Position numbers and translations under genes: made by a program
Assembly: GCA_946414435.1 (NCBI GenBank)
Contig: CAMKOM010000014.1
Coordinates: forward strand, 2,717 to 66,716
Reading direction: 5' to 3'
DNA: 64,000 nucleotides
Source: an uncultured Bacteroidota bacterium
GTDB lineage: Bacteria > Bacteroidota > Bacteroidia > Bacteroidales > SZUA-534
Shown here: positions 19,001-26,908 of the stretch, one piece after another
How the letters are laid out: every line of letters starts with the position of its first letter
How positions within the stretch are numbered: the first letter of the stretch is position 1
The notes under the pieces: model-generated
The model's database searches: none
What the model was told of the DNA's origin: nothing
What the model saw: only the letters and a program-made list of their open reading frames with translations

Positions 19001-19803
19001 GTGCGATGCTGCTGCACGTCGATGACGGCCTTTTGCAGGATTATCTCGCTGCCTTTGAAACTGTTAAGGTAGCCCGTGATGAGCCTTGCAATGTTGGCAA
19101 GCAGGTTGCGCTCTTCGGGCAGGAAAACGGGCTCGCCGCTCTGCTCAAAATCGCGCAGATAGTAAATCTCAATGCTTCCTTTTTTGTTGTCGATGGTCGC
19201 AAACTGCTCATTCATACCCCATTGCGTCACCATAAAATTCAGGCTCGTGTATTGTTTGTCCTGAAATTTGATGCGCGCCGCAGCCCAGTCGTTGTGCAGC
19301 CACGCGCGGGGCAGCATATTGCAGATGCTCTGCAGCGTCTCGTCGATGGGCAGTCCGTGCTTCACAATCTGCGTGGTGTAGTTGATGGCGTCCAACTCTT
19401 TGATTCTCTCGCGGTTCTGCACTTTAATGTCGGCATATTTGAGCCGCATCACCTGTGTGGCGATAATATCAGCAACGCACTCAATATACTGATTGTCAGC
19501 CGCATCGCTCACATTGCGCGCGGTTGGCCACGACACGTTTATCGAGCCCTTCACTTCGCCCACAATCTCCACGGGCACCGATATGCGCTCTGCGGCTGCG
19601 GCCGCCAGTCCGTTGGTGTAACTGATGCCCTTGTAAACTATCGACACAAAAACGCCGTCGGTTGCGTCGAAGCCAGCCGACACGGTGTTGGCCACATATT
19701 GCAGCATCGAGTTGCGGTCAGCAAACTGCGACGCTTCGGCCGTCATCAGTCCGATGGTGGCTAACATTTTGTCAGTCAGAAGGTTTTGCGAGTGCTGTTC
19801 CAT
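16006..19803 (-). CDS. Multidomain signalling protein: two GAF-like modules, two receiver-like modules, C-terminal PEP/pyruvate-binding (PPDK_N, ATP-grasp) domain
   Basis: 1265 aa. N-terminal modules end in PEERNLLANIARLITGYL (GAF-sensor-like). Second receiver has ILLIEDSP ... LLCVISDVEF ... VILQST ... INKNS. The ATP-grasp region has GGTMGGKGRGLAFID and a GPGRWGSSD tail. I saw no swivel-His or PEP-utilising TIM-barrel domain. Confidence 0.8.
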   Translation of the reverse strand: MEQHSQNLLTDKMLATIGLMTAEASQFADRNSMLQYVANTVSAGFDATDGVFVSIVYKGISYTNGLAAAAAERISVPVEIVGEVKGSINVSWPTARNVSDAADNQYIECVADIIATQVMRLKYADIKVQNRERIKELDAINYTTQIVKHGLPIDETLQSICNMLPRAWLHNDWAAARIKFQDKQYTSLNFMVTQWGMNEQFATIDNKKGSIEIYYLRDFEQSGEPVFLPEERNLLANIARLITGYLNSFKGSEIILQKAVIDVQQHRTDQLRRSLSKEHKPLQQYFNQQMMDKYVYLDMMKYKIKHILFVSTLYDAFLLENDDTFFEKFMGEIYQYSLFSLPRITGVSSEEDALEILETTPIDLVILMVGIDRESPIALSAKIKEMNDSIPVYLLINKKDDEKYFNNLIPTITSVDKMFVWTGDTSIIFAIVKSIEDSVNVANDTKVGLVRVILLIEDSPSYYSRYLQILYSIVFDQVQKLLPEVEKNELNKITKIRSRPKILHARNYEEAIAIFNKYKDFLLCVISDVEFDWGGKPDKQAGLKFVKYMREQVFSVPVILQSTEDVQLENASENKIFFINKNSATLFDDLRRHLIKYLGYGDFLFRTKDGKDIGVAHSLREFEMLIHDVPQDSFVRHAIKNQYSIWLMARGEIQLARTINAMRLEDRNDIEQSRQDVLNAIRVYREQKKKGKVLSYDETSTVDEHNIVRFAGGTMGGKGRGLAFIDVLIYNLDLGDLAKRINLLTPTTVIIGTDEFDTFMERNKLYVKVIDPEVSYQRLRELFYYSNLSLELERRVRDFVNHIDKPLVVRSSSTSEDSINQPFAGVFDTYIVPNGENKEKTFQLVCDAIKLVYASVYSDQARGYFNAINHKIEGEKMAVIIQELVGTQFGNYYYPHISGVAQSYNFYPIADMKPEEGYAVIAMGLGSYVVDGWKAYRFSPRYPKVSMYTTQSLLQTTQTQFYALDLTNTDPDFLADGELAAVKMVDIYDAEEHGTLKHLASVYNADNDTVRPGTDGYGPRVLNFADILQYNYFPLAETIDTILATVRDAFGSPVEIEYAVNLTPGLDGKPSFYLLQIKPLVGANTIETDCNIFEQKERLWLYTQQSLGNGTLNDIEDVIYIDNEKFNKLETIEMAEEINRLNTMMIEEGRKYILIGPGRWGSSDRFLGVPVDWSQISNARVIVELGLNDYPLDFSLGSHFFHNVTSMNIGYFAVQNHSAKSFIRWEVLEKQETVHATKHFRHVRFRKPMKVYMDGKEKMAGISVE

Positions 19804-19806
19804 AGT

Positions 19807-20442
19807 TTATTGCAGATAAGGGTTGTTGGTGCGTTCAAATCCGATTGAAGTCTGCAAGCCGTGGCCAGGCAGCACAGCGGTGTCGTCGGGCAGGGTAAGC
19901 AGTTGGTTTTTAATCGATTCGATGAGTTGCTGCTCGTCGCCGCCAGGCAGGTCGGCGCGGCCTATGCTGTTGAAAAACAGCGTGTCGCCGCTGAAAAGCA
20001 GATTGTCAGCCTTGCTGTAGAGCGCCACACCGCCCTGCGAGTGTCCAGGCGTGCTCAACACTTTCAGTTCCGAATGGCCGAAACCAACAGTGTCGCCATT
20101 GCTGTAAAAGTTTGTAGGATAAGCCACTGCGCGCTCACCGAAGCCGTAACTCTCGCAGATGTGGCCGAAATTCTCAATCCAAGCCAGGTCGGCGGCGTGG
20201 CAGTAGATTTGCGGCTGATACTGCTGCGCCACCCAGTCGAGCCCGAAAATATGGTCCCAATGGCAGTGTGTGCACAGCACCGCCTTGACAGTCAGCCTTT
20301 TGCCACTGACAAAATCGGCCAGAGCCGCATTCTCACGCTCATTGAAATTGCCCGCATCAATGATGACCGCTTCGCCAGTCTCGTCGTAAACAACGTAGGT
20401 ATTTTCCTGTATCGGATTGAAAACGAATTGTTTGTATTCCAT
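19807..20442 (-). CDS. MBL-fold metallo-hydrolase (glyoxalase II-like)
   Basis: 211 aa. THCHWDH metal motif, TPGHSQGG, later Asp/His ligands. Confidence 0.85.
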   Translation of the reverse strand: MEYKQFVFNPIQENTYVVYDETGEAVIIDAGNFNERENAALADFVSGKRLTVKAVLCTHCHWDHIFGLDWVAQQYQPQIYCHAADLAWIENFGHICESYGFGERAVAYPTNFYSNGDTVGFGHSELKVLSTPGHSQGGVALYSKADNLLFSGDTLFFNSIGRADLPGGDEQQLIESIKNQLLTLPDDTAVLPGHGLQTSIGFERTNNPYLQ

Positions 20443-20571
20443 TGCCGTTGTCGGTTTTAAAAAACGGAAGGTAGCTAAAATTTCGAAAAATATGATTTCC
20501 TTCAGATTGTTTCCTGAAAGGAATTAATTTTTAATTTTATCGCATTAGTTTAAACTATAAAAAACAAACAA

Positions 20572-21729
20572 ATGAAAATGAATCGTTTACAAACACTTAT
20601 GGCGGCAGCATCGCTTTTGATTTGTGTAAGCTGCTCACAAAATTGTCCGACAACAACTCAGCCACAGCCAATTCAGCCAGGTGAGCAAGCACCTTTGGCC
20701 GATGTGGGACAAAAGAATTTCGGTGGATTCCAGAATGGCGACACCACAGGCATGGCAGCTCGCCGCAAGGCCATGATGGAGGCTATGAACAAAATCCGCA
20801 CGCTCTCGTTCGACGAGCTCTCAATGAGCGATCCGTTCATCTACCCCGACCCCGAAACCAAGACCTACTATCTGACAAGCTCAGGCGGACGCATGTACAA
20901 GAGCAAAGACTTGAAAACATGGGAAGGCCCGTATAACATTATCGACATCAAGGGTTTGTGGCTTGAAAAGGCCGGTTTTGCCGCCGCTGCCGAAATTCAC
21001 AAAATCGGCAACTATTACTACTACGCCGGCACTTGGAGCGACCACTCTGACCTGATTCAGCAAGTGCCACGCCGCTACAATGTGCCACATAATCAGACGT
21101 ATTTGCTCAGGTCGGAAAATGTTGAAGGCCCCTACACATCGTTTGCCGTTGAGCCTGGCTACGACTATGAGCCGCGCGAGTGGGACTGCATCGACGGCAC
21201 TCTCTACCAGGAGAATGGAAAAACGTATATGATTTTTGTTCACGAATGGACGCAAATCATCGACGGCACAATGGATTACATCGAACTTTCCGACGACCTT
21301 ACCCACACCGTTTCCGAGCATCCTGTAACCATGTTCCGCGCATCGGAAGCGCCTTACTGCGGTGAGATGAACTCGTTGGGTGAAGCCACTTTCGGACTCA
21401 AAATGCCAGGTTGGGTTACCGATGGTCCGCAAATGTTCCGCACGCAGACTGGCAAACTCGGTATGCTGTGGTCAACTTGGGGCAAAGAGCGCTACTTGCA
21501 GGGCATCTGCTACTCGGAGTCGGGCACCATTGCCGGCCCGTGGGTGCAAGAGCCGGAGCCGTTCCTGGCTAACAACTCTGGCCACGGCATGCTCTTCCGC
21601 ACTTTCGAAGGCAAGTTGATTTACATTGTTCACCACGTTGAGAACGACGGCCCCCGCAAACCGCAAATGTGGGAAGCCGACGACAGCGGCGACAAGCTTG
21701 TCCTGGGTAAGAGATATATTCCGGAATAA
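20572..21729 (+). CDS. Glycoside hydrolase family 43 lipoprotein
   Basis: 385 aa. Lipobox LLICVSC. SDPFIYPDPETKTYYLTSS start of a GH43 five-bladed propeller; internal DG/E catalytic-type motifs. Confidence 0.8.
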   Translation: MKMNRLQTLMAAASLLICVSCSQNCPTTTQPQPIQPGEQAPLADVGQKNFGGFQNGDTTGMAARRKAMMEAMNKIRTLSFDELSMSDPFIYPDPETKTYYLTSSGGRMYKSKDLKTWEGPYNIIDIKGLWLEKAGFAAAAEIHKIGNYYYYAGTWSDHSDLIQQVPRRYNVPHNQTYLLRSENVEGPYTSFAVEPGYDYEPREWDCIDGTLYQENGKTYMIFVHEWTQIIDGTMDYIELSDDLTHTVSEHPVTMFRASEAPYCGEMNSLGEATFGLKMPGWVTDGPQMFRTQTGKLGMLWSTWGKERYLQGICYSESGTIAGPWVQEPEPFLANNSGHGMLFRTFEGKLIYIVHHVENDGPRKPQMWEADDSGDKLVLGKRYIPE

Positions 21730-21758
21730 CCCGATATATCGTTGACAGTCAATTAAAA

Positions 21759-21793
21759 GCGGGATGCGGCCAGTCGCATCCCGCTTTTGTTTT
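21759..21793 (+). terminator. Rho-independent terminator after the GH43 gene
   Basis: gcgggatgcg-gccagt-cgcatcccgc (10-bp perfect stem) followed by ttttgtttt. Confidence 0.8.
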
Positions 21794-21830
21794 GAACCAC
21801 AGGTGTGAGTTGGAAAATGTTTCGCACGAT

Positions 21831-21869
21831 AAAACAATAAAGCCTTGCAAGTTGTTAACATACAAGGCT
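21831..21869 (-). terminator. Terminator-like hairpin downstream of tRNA-Ala
   Basis: Minus strand AGCCTTG...CAAGGCT (7-bp stem) followed by TTATTGTTTT. Confidence 0.5.
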
Positions 21870-21885
21870 TTGATCTTTTCCTTTG

Positions 21886-21961
<76 letters not shown>

Positions 21962-21981
21962 GGCGGTGCAAAAGTATAAAA

Positions 21982-22602
21982 TCATTCCAAACGTGCAAAT
22001 TCAAATCCCAATTCGGTAAAATGTTGCAGAACGCGCGGCAGGGCGAAATGAAGATTCATGCGGGCCTTCATCGAGTCGTGGAAGGTGATAATGGAGCCGC
22101 CGGTGGCATAGCGCAACACGCAGTTGCAGCACTCGTGCGGCTTCACGCGATGGTTGTAGTCTTCGGGCATCACATCCCAAAGAATCATTCGGTAGCCCTG
22201 TTGGCGCAGAGGCTCAATCTGCTTTTTGGTGAACCGACCGTATGGCGGCCGCATCAGATGCGAGACAACATATTGCGAAGCCAAATCAACATCGTCGATA
22301 TACTCTTTTGCGCTTACCTTCCAACCGTTTAGGTGGCTGTAGGTGTGATTGCCCACGGCGTGGCCTTCGGCAAGAATGCGCTGATAGATTTCGGGATAGT
22401 GGTCAACATTGCGGCCAAGGCAGAAGAATGTGGCTTTGGCGTTGTATTCGGCCAGATTGTCGAGTACCCATTCGGTGATGTTGGGTGTTGGCCCGTCATC
22501 GAAGGTGAGATACAGCGTTTTGGGCGCATTCTCAACCTTCCACTGGAATCTCGGGAAGAAACGGCGGACAAACTCTGGCGGATGGTTTATTACTCGAATC
22601 AC
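21982..22602 (-). CDS. Polysaccharide deacetylase (carbohydrate esterase family 4)
   Basis: 206 aa. LTFDDGPTPN, GNHTYSH and RPPYG NodB-homology motifs. Confidence 0.88.
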   Translation of the reverse strand: MIRVINHPPEFVRRFFPRFQWKVENAPKTLYLTFDDGPTPNITEWVLDNLAEYNAKATFFCLGRNVDHYPEIYQRILAEGHAVGNHTYSHLNGWKVSAKEYIDDVDLASQYVVSHLMRPPYGRFTKKQIEPLRQQGYRMILWDVMPEDYNHRVKPHECCNCVLRYATGGSIITFHDSMKARMNLHFALPRVLQHFTELGFEFARLE

Positions 22603-22637
22603 GATTTTCAGATTATAGTGTTGATTACAAGTTCTGT

Positions 22638-23228
22638 CTATTGCAAATCGCCAATCTTGCGAAGGAAATTCACAAGTTTTTCTACAGCCAGTCCCCGATG
22701 GCTGATTTTGTTTTTCTCATTCATCGGCATCTCGGCAAAAGTCTGATTGTAGCCGTCGGGCATGAAAATGGGGTCGTAGCCGAACCCTTCCTTACCAGAG
22801 AAACTGCGGGTGATGGTGCCTTTCACAACGCCTTCGAAAAGGTACTCGCTCTCGCCCATCTTAAGGCAGATAACCGTACGGAACTGCGCACGGCGGTTGT
22901 CTTCATTGGCAAGGTCGGCAAGTAGTTTTTGCATGTTTTTCACCGAGTCGCACTCGGGACCGGCATAGCGGGCAGTGATAACACCCGGCTGGCCATTAAG
23001 TGCATCAACTTCGAGTCCTGTGTCGTCGGCAAACACGTTTTGCCCGGTGCGGTCGTACACGTAGCGGGCTTTGATGCGCGCATTGGCTTCGAGAGTGCTA
23101 CCCGTTTCCGGGATGTCTTCGTCGATGCTAGCCTGGCTCAAATCTATGACATCGTACAAGTCGCCAATCATTCGGGAAACTTCATCCGACTTGTGCTGGT
23201 TGTGTGTTGCAAAAATAAGTTTTCGCAT
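22638..23228 (-). CDS. rdgB: Non-canonical purine NTP pyrophosphatase (RdgB/HAM1 family)
   Basis: 196 aa. FATHNQHK, FADDTGLEVDALNGQPGV, GFGYDPIF and SHRG motifs. Confidence 0.9.
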   Translation of the reverse strand: MRKLIFATHNQHKSDEVSRMIGDLYDVIDLSQASIDEDIPETGSTLEANARIKARYVYDRTGQNVFADDTGLEVDALNGQPGVITARYAGPECDSVKNMQKLLADLANEDNRRAQFRTVICLKMGESEYLFEGVVKGTITRSFSGKEGFGYDPIFMPDGYNQTFAEMPMNEKNKISHRGLAVEKLVNFLRKIGDLQ

Positions 23229-23242
23229 TGCTTGTGTTTTTA

Positions 23243-24652
23243 TTAGTGCTGCCTGCTTTGGAATATCTGCTTGAAGCGTGACTCAAAATCTTCCGATGGC
23301 GATATGGCAGGCGACATGCACAGCGTGCCGTCAGTATCTATCAGGAAATATGACGGATAGACCTTCACCTTGTAGCGGTCGACCACCGATTTGTCGCCCT
23401 TAACGTCGAGCAGAGTCCAATTGTAACCGTTGCGTTTGAACATTTTCTTCACGCTGTCGAAATCGTCATCAATTGCGATTGACACCACATCCATCACACC
23501 TTTGGTTTTCTCGTTGAGCAGTTTGAGCTGTTCAAGGTCCTGAACACAAGTGTAGTTGTCAATTGATACAAAATTGAGATAGACGTATTTTCCTTTGTAT
23601 TCGTCAACACTGCGGAACACACCAGCAGTGTCGGCAAGGCAGAACTCAGGGGCCATGGTGCCAACTCTGGCAATTTGATTCTTCTGTTCGATGTTTTGAG
23701 CTATTTGTCTGTGCTGTTGTATTTTTGATGTCGATTTTATTGAATCAAGGGCTATAAGCAGACTGTTTGTTGTGAAATAGCAGTCGTAGAGCGCATCGTG
23801 AATGCCCTTGAGCAGAACCATCTCTTGCAGCGTATCGTTGGTGATGGCAAGGCTGTTCGATAGCGTCTGTTTGGCTTTCACCGGACTCTTTGCCAAAGCA
23901 ATGTCAGAATAGATGCGTTCGCCTTCGCGGGTGTTCATGTAGAATTTAAGGAAGTTGGTGAACATTTGGTTGAACAAATCCATATAGGCGGGATTTTCAT
24001 ATGCCACTTGGTGGCCGTCGAAATATTCACGCGACATATAGCGCCAATCTCGCATATAGCTCACAAATTTCAGCCAGGCATATTTATACTCGCGATAGGT
24101 GCGGAAAAACTCGTTCGGAATGGTGTCGAACGACTGCTCAATCTCGCCGATGATGCTGTCTACAGCCGCTGGTACAGGCTTTTTGAAAAGCGTGTAATAG
24201 TTACGCTCGAGCTGCTCTTCGTAGTAGTAGTCGAACATATCGACATACATATTTATATTGTAACGGTCGGGGTTTTTGATACCAACTAGGAACTCGTCAG
24301 GCTCGAAATAGGGGTTCAAAATGTCGCCTTTTGTTTTTGGTCGGAAATCGGGTAGCACAATGTTGTATGTCATCGAAGTGTCGGCGTACAGAATACCGCT
24401 CATGCGGCCTAAATCGAGTGTCAGGCGGCAGGTACGGTCAATGTCGATTTCGATTCTGAAGTTGCCGGCGCTGTCGGCTTCGGCACTACCGACCAGTTTT
24501 TTTGTGCCCGAGATGTAGTCGGAGCATGAGTAAACGTTGATGGTTTGCCCGCGATAGGTTGGGTTTGTTCCGAAAAGCACGGTTTTCTGGGCATCGGCAA
24601 TGAATGGGATGCAGAAAAGGGCTATTGCAACAATTAGTTTTACCCGCATCAC
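23243..24652 (-). CDS. TlpA/thioredoxin-fold protein with large N-terminal domain; CXXC motif incomplete
   Basis: 469 aa with signal peptide. C-terminal about 140 aa align by eye to TlpA-like reductases (APEF.L.D..G....DEYKGKYVYLNF...YPSYFLIDTDG), but the WCxxC position reads DNYTC. Confidence 0.65.
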   Translation of the reverse strand: MMRVKLIVAIALFCIPFIADAQKTVLFGTNPTYRGQTINVYSCSDYISGTKKLVGSAEADSAGNFRIEIDIDRTCRLTLDLGRMSGILYADTSMTYNIVLPDFRPKTKGDILNPYFEPDEFLVGIKNPDRYNINMYVDMFDYYYEEQLERNYYTLFKKPVPAAVDSIIGEIEQSFDTIPNEFFRTYREYKYAWLKFVSYMRDWRYMSREYFDGHQVAYENPAYMDLFNQMFTNFLKFYMNTREGERIYSDIALAKSPVKAKQTLSNSLAITNDTLQEMVLLKGIHDALYDCYFTTNSLLIALDSIKSTSKIQQHRQIAQNIEQKNQIARVGTMAPEFCLADTAGVFRSVDEYKGKYVYLNFVSIDNYTCVQDLEQLKLLNEKTKGVMDVVSIAIDDDFDSVKKMFKRNGYNWTLLDVKGDKSVVDRYKVKVYPSYFLIDTDGTLCMSPAISPSEDFESRFKQIFQSRQH

Positions 24653-25143
24653 TTCAGTTTTTTACGTTTGTCCAACACTTCGGCAATGTTCATCCCCTTT
24701 GGCACAAACTGGCTCACATCGCCACCATAGCTGAGAATGTCGCGCACAATGGTTGAGTTGACCGGCGTGAGTTCGGGCGTGGTGAGCAGGAAAACCGTCT
24801 CAACGCCAGGCTGCATCAGCTGGTTCATCTGCGAAATGGCACACTCGTACTCAAAATCGGACACGGTGCGTATTCCGCGAAGCATAAACGATGCGCCAAT
24901 CTGCCGGCAGAAATCGATGGTCAGACCATCGTAGGCAGCCACTTCGATTTTTGGTTCATTGCGGTAAACGCTCTCTATCAGTTCAATACGTTCGTCGATG
25001 GTGAAGAATCCATTTTTCATGGTGTTCTTGCCGATGGCCACCACCACTTTGTCGAACAATGGCAGCGCCCGCGTCACCACCGAATGGTGCCCCAACGTGA
25101 ATGGGTCGAACGACCCCGGGAAGACCGCAACTTTTTCTGTCAT
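24649..25143 (-). CDS. coaD: Phosphopantetheine adenylyltransferase
   Basis: MTEKVAVFPGSFDPFTLGHHSVV (T/HxGH nucleotidyltransferase motif). Start at ATG 25143 rather than the ORF-track 25263. 4-nt overlap with the downstream gene. Confidence 0.93.
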   Translation of the reverse strand: MTEKVAVFPGSFDPFTLGHHSVVTRALPLFDKVVVAIGKNTMKNGFFTIDERIELIESVYRNEPKIEVAAYDGLTIDFCRQIGASFMLRGIRTVSDFEYECAISQMNQLMQPGVETVFLLTTPELTPVNSTIVRDILSYGGDVSQFVPKGMNIAEVLDKRKKLK

Positions 25144-25276
25144 ATCTAATACAATTGTGGTGCAAAAATAGTGTTTTAAGTTATAATTGAGAATCGGAAC
25201 GTAAACGAAAAACACAATCTGCCAACCTGCCAAAAAAAATGTTGGCAGCCCCGCATCGCACATAATTGAGAAATAC

Positions 25277-25284
25277 TAACTTTG
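25277..25284 (+). promoter_or_regulatory. Candidate -7 promoter box for the histidine kinase operon
   Basis: TAACTTTG (TAnnTTTG) ending 6 nt before the ATG at 25291. Confidence 0.4.
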
Positions 25285-25290
25285 CCTATT

Positions 25291-26241
25291 ATGATTCGAT
25301 TAGTAGCACTTATAATAGCAATTACGCTGCAGATTGTGGCGGCGGTTCTGGCCATACGGCTTGTGAGAGTGACCAAATACCGCGCATCGTGGATTCTCAT
25401 CTCAATCGGCTTTATTTTGATGGCTGTCAAGATGATTATCAAATTGATACAGTTCCTTAACGACGATTTTTCGTTCTATCTGCGGCCGGCCGACGATTGG
25501 TTGGGCGTTGTAATTTCGTTCCTTTTCACTGCCGGCGTGTTCCTGATCGGAGAGATGTTCTACTCGCTGAGCCGGGCCGAACGTGAACACCGCCGCTCTG
25601 AGCGCCGCCTGATGCGCGCCATCATTCAAACCGAAGAGAACGAGCGCCGCCGCTTTGCCAACGATCTTCACGACGGTCTCGGGCCATTGCTTTCGACCGC
25701 ACGAATGACAATTTCGGCACTTTTGCAGCATGAGCGCGACGACCACTCGAAACAGGTTCTTGAAAGTGCCAGCAACGTGATTAACGAAGCTGTTGAGAGC
25801 ATAAAAGAGATTTCGAACAACTTGAGCCCGCACGTTCTAACCAACTTCGGACTGGCGAGCGCCATCAGAAACTTTGTGTTCAAGGTAAGCCAATCGAAAG
25901 CCGTCAAAATCAATTTCGACACCATGCTCACCGACAGTAATCGCTTTAATTCGAACATCGAAACAGTGATGTACCGCGCCACCTGCGAGCTCATCAACAA
26001 CACACTGAAGCACGCCGAAGCGTCGGTTATCGACATCAGTCTTGAGAAAATACAGCATACGCTTGTAATCAAATATGATGACAACGGCCATGGTTTCGAT
26101 AGCGAAAAAATCGGTAACGATCCAAATGGCGGCATGGGGCTGTCGAACATCGCGTCGCGGATGAACTCGATTAACGGCGTGTTTGTCTACAACAGCGCTC
26201 CCGGTGACGGATTTCATGCCATAATGAAAGTAAAAATTTGA
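25291..26241 (+). CDS. Membrane sensor histidine kinase (HisKA_3/NarX-LiaS type)
   Basis: N-terminal TM helices without an obvious periplasmic domain. H-box ERRRFANDLHDGLGPLL. HATPase N-box (ELINNTLKH) and G-box (GGMGLSNI). ATG at 25291 preferred over the TTG at 25282. Confidence 0.85.
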   Translation: MIRLVALIIAITLQIVAAVLAIRLVRVTKYRASWILISIGFILMAVKMIIKLIQFLNDDFSFYLRPADDWLGVVISFLFTAGVFLIGEMFYSLSRAEREHRRSERRLMRAIIQTEENERRRFANDLHDGLGPLLSTARMTISALLQHERDDHSKQVLESASNVINEAVESIKEISNNLSPHVLTNFGLASAIRNFVFKVSQSKAVKINFDTMLTDSNRFNSNIETVMYRATCELINNTLKHAEASVIDISLEKIQHTLVIKYDDNGHGFDSEKIGNDPNGGMGLSNIASRMNSINGVFVYNSAPGDGFHAIMKVKI

Positions 26242-26891
26242 CAATGAACGCTATACGAATCGCCCTTGTCGACGACCATGCGCTTTTCCGCAACGGCTTG
26301 AAACTGCTGCTCAGCAATTCTGACCGCTTTAGTGTGGTGATGGAAGCGCAGAACGGCAAAGAATTTGCCGATAATCTGACACCCGACAACGCCCCTGATG
26401 TGGTACTTATGGACATCAGCATGCCCTTAATGAACGGCATCGATGCAGCCAAAGCCGCTATCAGCAAGGTTCCTGGGTTGAAAATTATTGCTTTGTCGAT
26501 GTTTGGCGAAGAAGATTACTACTACGAAATGATAAATGCCGGCGCAAAGGGGTTTTTGCTAAAAAATTCTGATATTAAAGAAGTTACTGATGCTATTGAG
26601 CAAGTCGCGGTCGGCGGTAGCTACTTCTCGCAAGACATTCTTTACAACGTTATCCGCAATTTCAGTCCGCGCAAAGAGACGGATTTTGATGATATCACGC
26701 TCTCTAAACGCGAGCTGCAAGTACTTCAAGGTATCTGCAAAGGACTTTCAAACCAGGAAATTGCCGATACACTGTTCATCAGTAAAAGGACTGTTGACAA
26801 GCACCGTTCGAACCTGCTGGGTAAAACAAACTCGAAAAACACAGCCAACCTCGTAATGTATGCCTTAAAGCACAAGTTGATAAGCATTTAG
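26238..26891 (+). CDS. LuxR/NarL-family response regulator (canonical receiver)
   Basis: 217 aa. IALVDDH, DVVLMDISMP, IIALSM, GAKGFLLK and LuxR HTH (LSKRELQVLQGICKGLSNQEIADTLFISKRTVDKHRSNL). 4-nt overlap with the kinase. Confidence 0.92.
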   Translation: MTMNAIRIALVDDHALFRNGLKLLLSNSDRFSVVMEAQNGKEFADNLTPDNAPDVVLMDISMPLMNGIDAAKAAISKVPGLKIIALSMFGEEDYYYEMINAGAKGFLLKNSDIKEVTDAIEQVAVGGSYFSQDILYNVIRNFSPRKETDFDDITLSKRELQVLQGICKGLSNQEIADTLFISKRTVDKHRSNLLGKTNSKNTANLVMYALKHKLISI

Positions 26892-26908
26892 GGCTAAAAC
26901 TTGCATCA

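Noticed and set aside
17275-19764. Plus-strand ORFs 17275-18090 and 18886-19764 antisense to the 1265-aa gene
   Set aside because: Same reasoning: antisense shadows with repetitive Val/Arg/His-rich translations.
20480-20530. Short palindromes (CCTTCAG ... CTGAAAGG; TTCCT-GA-AGGAA) in the divergent MBL / GH43 promoter region
   Set aside because: The arms are short and imperfect in AT-rich DNA, so they could be chance. There is no second copy elsewhere in the window to support an operator.
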